From: a virus
Lineage: Duplodnaviria; Caudoviricetes
Reading direction: 5' to 3' (one strand)
IMG/VR virus record: IMGVR_UViG_3300021431_000005
Span: 32,001 to 96,000 of that record
DNA length: 64,000 bases
Shown here: piece by piece, positions 40,493 to 49,897 of the stretch
Numbering within the stretch: the stretch's first letter is position 1
Layout: every line of letters begins with the position of its first letter
The notes under the pieces: generated by a model
The model's database searches: none
What the model was told of the DNA's origin: nothing
Seen by the model: only the letters and a program-made list of their open reading frames with translations
Position numbers and translations under genes: made by a program

Positions 40493-40699
40493 TTACAAGA
40501 ATACTTTGTTTGTAAAAACAACCCCTTTTATTCCAGTTTCGGAAAAATGATTATCAGGTTTATTCTCAAAAAAGTACATCTTGTTGTGTTCGGAAAAAAG
40601 AACATAACCCGACTGTTTGAGTTTATCGGCAACATCTTTATCCATAGTCATAATAAAACGAGGACACCCATTCATCTCAATCAACCTCCCGATATTCAT
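40493..40699 (-). CDS. Small hypothetical protein
   Basis: FIMT.DK..ADKL...GY.L....MYFFEN; between portal and protease. Confidence 0.6.
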   Translation of the reverse strand: MNIGRLIEMNGCPRFIMTMDKDVADKLKQSGYVLFSEHNKMYFFENKPDNHFSETGIKGVVFTNKVFL

Positions 40700-42122
40700 T
40701 TCCGACTTCGCTTTCTCGTGTTAATTCTCCTGCATCGCTTAATTCACTTTCTTCAATCTTTTTATCGGACTCGTCATCAGAAGACTTTGTAAAGGAAGTA
40801 GAAAGAGCTGTAAGCCTTTCGGGTAGATGAAGAATATCATTTTCGAGAAAGTTAATTCCGATCATATCAAGCGGCTCTGTACCTATGGTCGCACAAGCCA
40901 TCATTGTAGTCGGCAGACTTGACTGTGCGCCGTTGAGATACATTTTGTAAAGTTCGTCCTTGTTGTACAATGTTGCATCAAGGAATTGAATTTTAAATTT
41001 GTATCGTCCCGCCCTCAGTTTTAAAAGCCTATTGATATTACGTTCGACCTGTCTTGAAAGATCGAATACCATTTGCATATCAGCTTTAATAGAAACACTT
41101 AGAGTAGCCGATGTTTTATTCTCGTCACCGAATATAAGAGAACTTACGCCTGCATCATTCCAAAAAGTCTTAATAGCATTATTAACATTGTTGTTATCCG
41201 CAGTTCCAGCGTTCTCGAAATCAAAATCTTTTGTGTCCATAGGGGTGAGGAAGGCGCCAATATTTTCAGGCAGCACATCAAGTAATGCGCTGTAATATTC
41301 AAGCAAAATATCACGGTCAATCAAGAAGTGTCCCTCGTTGTCTGTTGGAACTTTTAATGCAATAACTTTATAATTGTCGATCTCTGCTTTTGCTTTCTTT
41401 AATGATTTGTAATCATCAATATCATAAATACCCTCAAATACTCCAAGAAATGGAACAACGGGAAAAGGAACATCGTCAAGTAATTTGATACAAAATTGTC
41501 TCTTGGCATCCAATGTCTGCCACCTTATTCCTTCTTCTTTAAATAGGTTGTAGCGTTCGACAAATTCTTCCCCAAACCTTTCTAAATCCGAGGGATACTT
41601 TAAGAAGTATGTGAAATCAAAATCATATAAAAAACAACCGTCCTCAATACAACTGATCTTACAGTATTCAGGCGGAAGCGTCCTAATATAAAAAGAGTCC
41701 TGCGATTCATAAATGTAACCGTAGAACACATCTTCTTTAAAACATATTTTAAATATTTTAGTCATCTCGTGCCGTATATTCATTTTGTCGAGATAATGCA
41801 GAGCCTTAAAATAGCTTTCAGAATATTTCTCCTTATCTTCCTTTACCACTTCGAGTTTAAGCTTATAAGGAACGACTATATAAGAGAATAAGTGCATAGT
41901 TGCAAAATAATTTATCAAGCGTTTATAATGTGGGCTAACCAAATAAAGGTGACGCGACATTCGCCTAAGTTCGTCCTGATACAACTCTGGATGATGAATC
42001 CATCGTGCAACCGTATCTTTGGGATATTTGCACATAAAATGTAACGGATTGTTCCTTCGGATATATGGATCCTTATTGAGATCGCGGAGAATAAGTCTGC
42101 TCAACTGAGAATACTTTTTCAT
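40677..42122 (-). CDS. Portal protein
   Basis: Follows terminase; LRRMSRHLY..SPHYKRLINYFA...EDVFYGY; about 480 aa. Confidence 0.8.
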   Translation of the reverse strand: MKKYSQLSRLILRDLNKDPYIRRNNPLHFMCKYPKDTVARWIHHPELYQDELRRMSRHLYLVSPHYKRLINYFATMHLFSYIVVPYKLKLEVVKEDKEKYSESYFKALHYLDKMNIRHEMTKIFKICFKEDVFYGYIYESQDSFYIRTLPPEYCKISCIEDGCFLYDFDFTYFLKYPSDLERFGEEFVERYNLFKEEGIRWQTLDAKRQFCIKLLDDVPFPVVPFLGVFEGIYDIDDYKSLKKAKAEIDNYKVIALKVPTDNEGHFLIDRDILLEYYSALLDVLPENIGAFLTPMDTKDFDFENAGTADNNNVNNAIKTFWNDAGVSSLIFGDENKTSATLSVSIKADMQMVFDLSRQVERNINRLLKLRAGRYKFKIQFLDATLYNKDELYKMYLNGAQSSLPTTMMACATIGTEPLDMIGINFLENDILHLPERLTALSTSFTKSSDDESDKKIEESELSDAGELTRESEVGNEYREVD

Positions 42123-42189
42123 TTCAGGCGTTATTATTTCAAAACCGCCACTGTTTATTTCGTTTGTTTCTATGATACCTCACCACCAA

Positions 42190-43926
42190 TCATTTTCGTA
42201 TTTTCGGCTTCCTGTAAAAGAAGTCGCAAGTGTTGCGTATGGATTCTCTTTGCTTCTTGCTTATATCTCTTTCAAGTTCACAAGCGATATAGTTTGCATA
42301 AGCAAGAGAAGAATATCTGTCTTTTCTGTCATTGCCTTTTTCACTAAGTTTAACCTTTGCTCCAACGACCTCGTATTTAAGATTTATTATTTCGTTAATC
42401 ATAAGCGAGGTCTGAATGTAAGGCATCATTAACTCTGTTTTCTTTTCGGGAGACAGATTCTTAAATCCTTTGAGAGTATTAAGATAAGCGTCAGCCTCTT
42501 GCTCTGTAATAAGCAGCCTGAGTTTACCACGCTTAATATTATCTTTGAGTAATGATGCACAATCACTATTGAATTGTGCCGAACCCTTTATACAATAAAG
42601 TATTTTAGGCGGGTTAGAAGAATTGCCTTTATAGTGTTCTGCCATTTCATCATTATTCTTACAGGTCACAGCAGGATATGTTTCGCCAGTATCAGGATCA
42701 ATCAAATCTTTCATTAATTCGTCCACTACGCCCATACCAACGCCTTGCGCATCTATGCCCATATAGTCACAATTTAATTCCTCAAATATCTGTCTGATTC
42801 TTATTGCCTGCGTTTCAGAATGACCACCCTCGAAGTTTTCAAGGTAAAGAATATTTCTTATATACTGATCGTTCTTTGTAGGCAACAATTGCATAACAGT
42901 TATCGAAGTAGCATCATTCTTTCTTTTCTTGCTGCCCATAACAGCAATGTCGGCAACTACAATTCTTATTTCGCCATTCTGTTTAATAGGAAGTCTTAGT
43001 TCTTTTGTTGGCAAATTATCTGTAGTTGTTGGTAAATAAAATGCGTTTTGAACTTTTCTTGCGTAAACAAGTTCTTCATAATTGAAATACGCATCTTCAC
43101 TTTCGCCATACCACAAACATTCGTTTTCCATTGCAAAGGAAACAGAGTTAAAGCTTGCCTCAGACATTTCATCCTCGATTTCCTCGCGCATAAGTATTCC
43201 CTCCTTTATCGAAAGCTGATAAGGAAGTCCACAGACAAAATATGATTTCTTATCATTAAGCATATTGCCTGCGTATGATTTGACGTGTTCCCACGCCCAA
43301 TGCTTTTTAAACCATGCAGAACTTAAAAAGATTTGCTTATTTCTTTCTTTAAGGTGTGCATATTCCGGCTTGTTTAAATATCCTGCTTCCCTTGATGAAG
43401 TCAGGAACTTTTTCAGAACGGTATCAACAATATGTTTCTTGACCATTCTGAATTCATCTACTATCAGTATATTAGCACGATTGTGTCTGCCATTATCACT
43501 TGCAGTTACCGTCTTAACATAAGACCCATTCCTAAAAATGATAAAAGCACCACTGGTATTATTTTTGTACTCCAATATCTCGTTTCTTAACAACGCTGAT
43601 CTTGGCATTAGTGTTAGAATAATTTTGCTTATTATTTCAGCCGACTGTTCTCGGCTTCCTGCCGAAATACAAATCTGTGTATTTGGGTAAAGAATACAAC
43701 GTACACAACAAAAGATTGCAGTCAACAAGGATTTACCCTGTCCGCGACTGGCGATATATGTAAACTTCGCACATATATTCATCATTACAAGAAGAATACA
43801 TTGAAAAGTTTTTAATCTTACGCCTAGATAATCTTCTGCGAATCTGTGTGGGTTAGCTCTATAATAACCACACCATTTATTTACAGCTTTCATTTGGCGT
43901 TCTTTGTCTTTAGACCAATTTCTCAA
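42190..43926 (-). CDS. terL: Terminase large subunit
   Basis: YYRANPHRF; ASRGQGKS (Walker A); LIVDEFR (Walker B); ADIA, IDAQGVG and KDRYSS nuclease aspartates. Confidence 0.92.
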   Translation of the reverse strand: MRNWSKDKERQMKAVNKWCGYYRANPHRFAEDYLGVRLKTFQCILLVMMNICAKFTYIASRGQGKSLLTAIFCCVRCILYPNTQICISAGSREQSAEIISKIILTLMPRSALLRNEILEYKNNTSGAFIIFRNGSYVKTVTASDNGRHNRANILIVDEFRMVKKHIVDTVLKKFLTSSREAGYLNKPEYAHLKERNKQIFLSSAWFKKHWAWEHVKSYAGNMLNDKKSYFVCGLPYQLSIKEGILMREEIEDEMSEASFNSVSFAMENECLWYGESEDAYFNYEELVYARKVQNAFYLPTTTDNLPTKELRLPIKQNGEIRIVVADIAVMGSKKRKNDATSITVMQLLPTKNDQYIRNILYLENFEGGHSETQAIRIRQIFEELNCDYMGIDAQGVGMGVVDELMKDLIDPDTGETYPAVTCKNNDEMAEHYKGNSSNPPKILYCIKGSAQFNSDCASLLKDNIKRGKLRLLITEQEADAYLNTLKGFKNLSPEKKTELMMPYIQTSLMINEIINLKYEVVGAKVKLSEKGNDRKDRYSSLAYANYIACELERDISKKQRESIRNTCDFFYRKPKIRK

Positions 43927-45002
43927 GACTCATCACCGCCAAATATATTTTCAATATCATAGCCCAGTTCGTCATCGTCTTCGTAACTCGGAGGTTCAAC
44001 GGTGTACTTAGAAATCTCTGAATTGTATTCCGCTTCAAATGCTTCTGTATACTTATTCTTGATTCCAAACATTTTGCAGAAACAACCCAAAAACCAAACT
44101 ATAATATATCTCTTGATACCATCAACATCTCTAAATCGTTCGTCGGGTTCGTCAATTGGTTCCTCGTCCTCCCATTCTTTGATTTTTAAACCAAAGCATT
44201 GATTGTCGGTCAACATCTCATTGTCTGATTTCTGTTTGGGTTGTAAGTTCGCCGAGGATAAACTTGCATTAAACTGATTGACCAATTTAGAAATATCATT
44301 TCCTTCTTCAAGAGCCTTTTGCATTTGTAATTGAATTAGACATATATTCTTAATAATTGTTTTTTGAGTAATCTCTTCACACTCAACGTCTTGCGACCAT
44401 TCTTTGTATTTTGTGTCTAAGAAATGATACCCCTTGTCGTCAAGTCCGAAACCCCAAAAATCTCTGGTTTCCTGAGATACATCATACACCTCGACATCGG
44501 GCGCCATCTTGTATATCTCGGTAGCAGATTTTTCAATGTCTTCAAGCACATTGTCTGAATAAGTTTTATCAGCTAACGCCGCTCTATTGTTTAGCAAAGT
44601 GATATACTTTGTAACACGGTTTCCGTCATTAGAATCTTGGAATGCCTGTTCTGCCAAATAGTCATTGTAATAAATATCAAGAATCTGACATATGCGCCGA
44701 TAAGTGTCGTGATAATCCGGAAACGCAATTTTAGTCACGTTGAATAAAGCATTGCAACAGTCATTGCAATACGGCATTCTCATATGATTGTTTGCGTGTA
44801 GAAAGTGATTGCTCTTTGGGAACAATCCCGCATTGTCGCTGTCCTTGCCACAAGAACAACAATGAAATGTATTTTGTGCAGCGTCGCCCGCCTGAATACG
44901 CAATATGTCTTCATTCATTTGCTTGACACTTTTACGCACATAAGATCCCTTAGACCCCTTGGGTCTACCAACGGGCTTCTTGGTTAAATCCTGTTTGGGC
45001 AT
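43923..45002 (-). CDS. Conserved pre-terminase protein (small-terminase candidate)
   Basis: Start at ATG 45002 (track ORF extends over tRNA-Tyr); CCSC/CNDC zinc knuckles; FWGFG, DVDGI motifs; overlaps terL start. Confidence 0.6.
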   Translation of the reverse strand: MPKQDLTKKPVGRPKGSKGSYVRKSVKQMNEDILRIQAGDAAQNTFHCCSCGKDSDNAGLFPKSNHFLHANNHMRMPYCNDCCNALFNVTKIAFPDYHDTYRRICQILDIYYNDYLAEQAFQDSNDGNRVTKYITLLNNRAALADKTYSDNVLEDIEKSATEIYKMAPDVEVYDVSQETRDFWGFGLDDKGYHFLDTKYKEWSQDVECEEITQKTIIKNICLIQLQMQKALEEGNDISKLVNQFNASLSSANLQPKQKSDNEMLTDNQCFGLKIKEWEDEEPIDEPDERFRDVDGIKRYIIVWFLGCFCKMFGIKNKYTEAFEAEYNSEISKYTVEPPSYEDDDELGYDIENIFGGDES

Positions 45003-45029
45003 AACGCCACCACCTTTCTTTCGTAATAA

Positions 45030-45113
45030 TGGGGAGGGTTGGACTCGAACCAACAACGTTTCTAATGTCACGGTTTTACAGACCGCTTGCTTCACCAATT
45101 TGCATACCGCCCC
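45030..45113 (-). tRNA. tRNA-Tyr(GTA)
   Basis: GGGGCGGTATGCAAATTGGTGAAGCAAGCGGTCTGTAAAACCG...GGTTCGAGTCCAACCCTCCCCA cloverleaf with long variable arm. Confidence 0.88.
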
Positions 45114-45234
45114 AAAAATAAAGAGCCAGCACAACGCTGACTCAGCTATATAGCTTATTAAAAACCTTTCGAGTTTGCCACCTAATAGTGAGATAGTTAC
45201 TGTCGAAAGATTGCTGTCATGAGTAAATTAGTAT

Positions 45235-46014
45235 TTAATCCTGCTCAATCACAGGGAGAATGTTTTGTTCCTTTAGTTTTTCATATAGAAATAATCTTCC
45301 CTTTTGTGTCCAATAAGTATGCACCCAAGAACGCTCTCCATTTTGACCCGTCTTAGTTTTTGTGTATCCTTTATCGGCATACTTCTGATACAATACCCAA
45401 GTATCACCGACTTTGTACTGTATGCCATTATCATGCAACCACTTGTTTAACCAGTTCGCAGATTCACCATAGTCTTTTGCAATCTGAGTTACCGAAAGAA
45501 CATCTTTTGTTTGAAGCACAAGATCGTAGTATGTAACCTTGGGTTCATACTCTGCAATCTGTTGTGCCTGAATTGCATTTTCGGCTTCAAGCTCCTTGCG
45601 TCTTTGACGTTCTTCTTTTAGTGCAGTCAAAGCCTCGATTGCAAGGTCTGGATTATTTATTATTTCATCAATTGCAAATAGTCCATGCCTGCGAATGGAC
45701 GGAAGAACCTCACTTGTTACCCAATGCTTGAATTTTTTGGCATCGGGCAATTTGCTTGAAAGGATAAGACTATACAGACCGCTTTCGTTAATAAGCCAAC
45801 CGCCACGCTGTCCGAGATTAAGATTGCAACTCAATAGCGTTTTGCTATTGAGTTTATCTTCTATATCAACATGATCTCCTATTGCTTCATTAGGATTACT
45901 ATACCCAAGAATAGCAGCTACATCTTTTCCAACAAACCACGGTTCGCTGTCAACACTTATCGTTCTTACACTACCAAATTCTTCATTCTCAAATACTTTT
46001 ACAATTTCATTCAT
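45235..46014 (-). CDS. BRO-N / KilAC antirepressor
   Basis: FENEEFGSVRT...PWFVGKDVA...INESGLYSLI...FKHWVTSEVLPSIR; SVTQIAKDYG...WTQKGRLF. Confidence 0.92.
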   Translation of the reverse strand: MNEIVKVFENEEFGSVRTISVDSEPWFVGKDVAAILGYSNPNEAIGDHVDIEDKLNSKTLLSCNLNLGQRGGWLINESGLYSLILSSKLPDAKKFKHWVTSEVLPSIRRHGLFAIDEIINNPDLAIEALTALKEERQRRKELEAENAIQAQQIAEYEPKVTYYDLVLQTKDVLSVTQIAKDYGESANWLNKWLHDNGIQYKVGDTWVLYQKYADKGYTKTKTGQNGERSWVHTYWTQKGRLFLYEKLKEQNILPVIEQD

Positions 46015-46106
46015 AATCATTTCTCCTTTAATAATATATATATCAAAGGTGGATGAGAAAGTTCCCCGTAATTCCATTACTGACACACAGTCAGCCTATG
46101 ATTATT

Positions 46107-46817
46107 TTACATTTTATCTGCCCACGCCGATAGTTCGCCCCTGTAATTCTTAGATAAGTGACACACCCTTGCCCACTCTTTATCCTTAAAGTGGTCGATA
46201 CATTTAACAAGTCCAGAATCCTCGGGCTTGATTCCTTGAATTTGTAAGGTTGAACCAATAACACACACATAACAATCATCATGACAGCGAGTGAGAACTG
46301 CCTTTAATTGCTCTTTGGTCATGCACTGCGCTTCGTCAATGATTATAAACTTCTTAGAAAAATCGCTACCAAGAATATACACATCGGTCATTGTTGTAAA
46401 AATTCCCGTTCCCATTTTCTGATTTATGTAAGTATCATCATTGATAACCGCCACCGGGTTCTCTCCTAAATTGATTAAGGTGTGTACTAACGGAGCCATG
46501 TAGGGTGCTTCCTTGTTTTGCTTTTCGCCCGGAAGGAAGCCTAGTCTGCCTTCGGAACTCGGTGTTCTTATATAATAAGCTTCATTACATATACCATACT
46601 TTACATACATCAATGCAACCGCAACCGCAAGAGTTGTTTTACCTGAACCGGCCACTGCGTCAGCCACAACTAACCTCACGTTTCTATCCCAAAGGCTGTC
46701 TCGATAGTATAACTGTTCGGGATCAGAACAGTCGAGACCGTAAAAGGGATGGTCTTTAAGTGTTAAAGGGGGATTGCCGTAAAGACTCTGTGCATTTTTC
46801 TTTGTATTCTTTGCCAT
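46107..46817 (-). CDS. phoH: PhoH-family ATPase
   Basis: AVAGSGKT, LGFLPG, IIDEAQ, LTR, NYRG motifs. Confidence 0.88.
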   Translation of the reverse strand: MAKNTKKNAQSLYGNPPLTLKDHPFYGLDCSDPEQLYYRDSLWDRNVRLVVADAVAGSGKTTLAVAVALMYVKYGICNEAYYIRTPSSEGRLGFLPGEKQNKEAPYMAPLVHTLINLGENPVAVINDDTYINQKMGTGIFTTMTDVYILGSDFSKKFIIIDEAQCMTKEQLKAVLTRCHDDCYVCVIGSTLQIQGIKPEDSGLVKCIDHFKDKEWARVCHLSKNYRGELSAWADKM

Positions 46818-46832
46818 ATTATAACTCCAAAT

Positions 46833-47456
46833 TTATAGTATTTCATCAAGGTCTTCAAGTATCGTATTGACACATTTGTATTTGAGCTGTTCTTCGGTGG
46901 TAAGGAACCAATCCGTCTTTGACTTTCTCGAAAGAATGTTCTTGGGTATCTCTGACCTTTCAAGAATATAGGCGTATGTTTCATCTATCATTTTTTTGTA
47001 AGACTTTGTTCCTTCTTTTACTTCTTCATAGCTGCCTACCACACCGCCAGAACCACTGTGAATAAGCATCTGTGATCTTGGCATACAATATCTTTCATGT
47101 CCAGCAAGAAGCAAAAGTCCTGCCGCACTATATGCCATATTCATATTTACGGTGATAACAGGAGTTTTTGACCTTTCAATTATCGCAATAGTTGCAAGCA
47201 TAGAAACAAGACTTCCACCCTCGCTATTTATAAGAATTACAATCTTCTTTCTGCCTGCAATCGGAATGCCTTTGTCCTGTCGATTATATTCAAGTATCTG
47301 TGTTCCGACCTCATTCAAAAACATCTCGTTAATTTCATAATCCACAACAATTATTCTATTGCTAAGATTGTTATAATAGTTTACAAGATCGGGATCGGGC
47401 AGCTTGTAATCTGCGGTTTCCTTTGATATGGGGATTGTGATAGTAAAATCTTCCAT
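46833..47456 (-). CDS. clpP: ClpP-like protease
   Basis: INSEGG, AYSAAG (Ser), LIHSG (His), TDWFL (Asp). Confidence 0.88.
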   Translation of the reverse strand: MEDFTITIPISKETADYKLPDPDLVNYYNNLSNRIIVVDYEINEMFLNEVGTQILEYNRQDKGIPIAGRKKIVILINSEGGSLVSMLATIAIIERSKTPVITVNMNMAYSAAGLLLLAGHERYCMPRSQMLIHSGSGGVVGSYEEVKEGTKSYKKMIDETYAYILERSEIPKNILSRKSKTDWFLTTEEQLKYKCVNTILEDLDEIL

Positions 47457-47517
47457 TCTTTACATTTCTCCTTGTGTGGTTTAAAAAATTATTAAGCCCT
47501 GCTATCAGAACTTGTGA

Positions 47518-47591
47518 TACGCTCGACAGGAATCGAACCTGTGACCTACACTTTATCAGAGTGTCGCTCTAGCCGACTGAGCTACAAGCGC
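47518..47591 (-). tRNA. tRNA-Ile(GAT)
   Basis: GCGCTTGTAGCTCAGTCGGCTAGAGCGACACTCTGATAAAGTGT...GGTTCGATTCC. Confidence 0.88.
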
Positions 47592-47599
47592 ATATATAA

Positions 47600-47670
47600 T
47601 GGCGAGTTTGGGAGTTGAACCCAAAGCCACGGAATATGAATCCGTAATGTTACCTTTACACCAACTCGCA
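47600..47670 (-). tRNA. tRNA with CAT anticodon (Met/fMet/Ile2 identity unclear)
   Basis: Cloverleaf with ACGGA-TTCATAT-TCCGT anticodon arm; U1-C72 mismatch. Confidence 0.75.
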
Positions 47671-47767
47671 ATAATCGGTTTACCCCTTTCAGACACATCT
47701 TACTCAGGGCTATTATCCGTCCGAGAACGATAACTACAATAGTTGCAACCGAAAACTACTTGACGCA

Positions 47768-47840
47768 TGATCGAGAGGGGATTTGAACCCACTGTTACCA
47801 ACGTGAAAGGCTGGTGTCTTTACCACTTGACTACTCGACC
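47768..47840 (-). tRNA. tRNA-Glu(TTC)
   Basis: GGTCGAGTAGTCAAGTGGTAAAGACACCAGCCTTTCACGTTGG...GGTTCAAATCC. Confidence 0.85.
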
Positions 47841-47871
47841 AAAAAGGGGACGCTGAATAACCAACGTCCCT
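47841..47871 (-). terminator. Terminator-like hairpin just upstream of tRNA-Glu
   Basis: GGGACGTTG/CAGCGTCCC followed by CTTTTT. Confidence 0.5.
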
Positions 47872-48042
47872 AAGAAACATGGGGCAGCAACGAGTTATGA
47901 CCTCCGTATAAAATGCCATGCAATCATGGGCGTACTTATTTGCCGCCATATAAGTGCAACGGTTATTACCATTGCACCAACAATCATTATGTAATCACGT
48001 CGCCTGATTGAATTTGTTGCGATGTTACCTAACGATTGGATT

Positions 48043-48324
48043 TTACTTATTTACATCTTCTGCAAGATTAGGCGAAATCTTAAATGTATACTTTACTCTC
48101 TCGGGAACAGAAATCATCTCGCCCTTCTTCTGAGGGTTGTTACACATTCTCGCAGCTCTAATCGTGCGCTTAAAAGTACCGAGACCCTTAATAACAATCT
48201 TGTCTTCCTGTGCAGTCATTGCCTCCTGCATAACTTCAATAAAAGCATTCAGCGCAGTCTCAGTGTTCTCTCTTGTAAAATTTGTCTTCTTAGAAATAGC
48301 AGATACAATCTCTTTCTTATTCAT
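48043..48324 (-). CDS. hup: HU family DNA-binding protein
   Basis: MNKKEIV..IS...IKGLGTFK...AAR..NNPQ....ISVP....FK. Confidence 0.92.
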   Translation of the reverse strand: MNKKEIVSAISKKTNFTRENTETALNAFIEVMQEAMTAQEDKIVIKGLGTFKRTIRAARMCNNPQKKGEMISVPERVKYTFKISPNLAEDVNK

Positions 48325-48339
48325 TTTAATCTTCTCCTT

Positions 48340-49572
48340 TTAGTCCAATATAATTTTGTGTGTTTCATTCAAGCCCTTGCTCTTATCAAATCCGAGGATC
48401 ATACAAGCTGGCTTGCTACATTTCAATAGTGATTCGGCGTATGGGTCTCCGCCAATAAACGAGGGAGTAACTATAACTTCGGTGTCATACATGGTCGCAC
48501 AATTCCCCGAAGTAACATCGTGATTGTGTCGATGACCTACAAGAACATAGTCAATAAATTCTCTGCGATATGTTGTAAGTTCTTGAAGCAGAGTATTGGT
48601 ATTCTTTACAGTATGTCCGTGAGTTGCCACAATTTTATAGTCGAATACAGGAATGTCTATATAATATCCCTCTTTGCCTACAAACACTTCTATATTCCCA
48701 TTAGCAGAAAGAATATCCTTAATGTAATTGTTAATCACAAAAGATATGTCCTCGCCTGCCAGTTCATTTGCCTTACTACCCAAAGGTCTTATCTGAGTAT
48801 GATTGGAACGGGGGACACTGTAATATTTTACCCGACAACTCATACTAAGTTCATTAAGGAAGTTGGCAATCAGTCTCGATACTCCAACCACGGCTTTTAC
48901 AACGCTTGTTTCATTCAACTGTACATCCGACATTCTTAACAATCCCTGAATCTCGTCGCCAAGATTTACTACTGTTAACTCTTTCACGGAGTTCTTCTTA
49001 ACAAAAGTCACGGACTCATTAAGCAATGTCTCGAATCTACGTTCGCACTCGGCAATGTTATAAATGTTATTATCAGTTACAAAGTTAGAACCATAGTGAA
49101 CATCCGCAATAGTAAGTATGTATTTCTTTTCGGTATCGGCATCAGCATTTGCAGCGTATTTCAATAGACACGGCGGCTCGGGAAATCTTCCTATATCCTT
49201 TGCAAGATTCTCATAAAACAATTCCAGTCTTGCACGTTGCCGATTATATCTACTGAGTTCAATTTTCTCAGCGTTGATTTTCTGACGTTCAATCTGAAGT
49301 TCGTTGATTCGCATGGCTATCTTTTCGGACTCATCATTGATGCCCTCTTTAACAAAAACATTTTTATAGAACTGACGAGCGGCTTGGTATCTTTTCCGGA
49401 ACGCACTTTCGCCCTTATAACAAGAAGTATCATCGCCATAGAGTTGATGGTTTATGATTGATACAACTGACTCCCAGTTAGTTATATAGCCGTCGTCAAC
49501 CATGCCACCAATTCTCCAAAGGTATTGGCATTCGTTCTCAGAAGCATTCTTGTTTAAGTTAACAACGCTCAT
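48340..49572 (-). CDS. Calcineurin-like metallophosphoesterase
   Basis: ADVHYG, LGDEIQG, SNH, THGH, GHRH motifs. Confidence 0.85.
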   Translation of the reverse strand: MSVVNLNKNASENECQYLWRIGGMVDDGYITNWESVVSIINHQLYGDDTSCYKGESAFRKRYQAARQFYKNVFVKEGINDESEKIAMRINELQIERQKINAEKIELSRYNRQRARLELFYENLAKDIGRFPEPPCLLKYAANADADTEKKYILTIADVHYGSNFVTDNNIYNIAECERRFETLLNESVTFVKKNSVKELTVVNLGDEIQGLLRMSDVQLNETSVVKAVVGVSRLIANFLNELSMSCRVKYYSVPRSNHTQIRPLGSKANELAGEDISFVINNYIKDILSANGNIEVFVGKEGYYIDIPVFDYKIVATHGHTVKNTNTLLQELTTYRREFIDYVLVGHRHNHDVTSGNCATMYDTEVIVTPSFIGGDPYAESLLKCSKPACMILGFDKSKGLNETHKIILD

Positions 49573-49745
49573 GTTATAACCTCTCTGCTTCTAATCTCCT
49601 CGATAGCCTGCTCTATTGCTTTGCCCTCTTCACACCAATAAGTCTTGCTACCCTTGCCTTTTTTGCGTTTTGAACAAACCTTGATTGAAATATTTGGAAA
49701 TCGTCTCCTGAGTTCAAAACTTTCGTCCTGTGTAATTCTATACAC
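49569..49745 (-). CDS. Small basic hypothetical protein (58 aa, MYRITQDESFELRRRF...)
   Basis: GTG start with AAGGAG RBS; ATGA overlap with next gene. Confidence 0.6.
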   Translation of the reverse strand: MYRITQDESFELRRRFPNISIKVCSKRKKGKGSKTYWCEEGKAIEQAIEEIRSREVIT

Positions 49746-49897
49746 GTTTCATTTCTCCTTTATTTCTCTTTGTGGAAGAAAGGCTCGTTTATCTTCCTCC
49801 CCTAATGGGCAAGTTAGCAATTTTCTAAAACCCCCACCATTACTGGGTTTGCGTTAACCTTAATAATGATGGGGGATACTTTTTTGCCTATTTTTTA

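Noticed and set aside
45160-45190. c-di-GMP-I riboswitch (GGCAAAC...GAAA...GG)
   Set aside because: P2 is too short and the downstream GACGCAAAG/P3 elements are absent.
47685-47712. Hammerhead ribozyme
   Set aside because: Core reads CTGAGTA rather than CTGAnGA and no stem III/NUH site can be built; kept only as a loop-E candidate.
47734-47949. 71-aa ORF
   Set aside because: Overlaps tRNA-Glu and structured RNA; no RBS.
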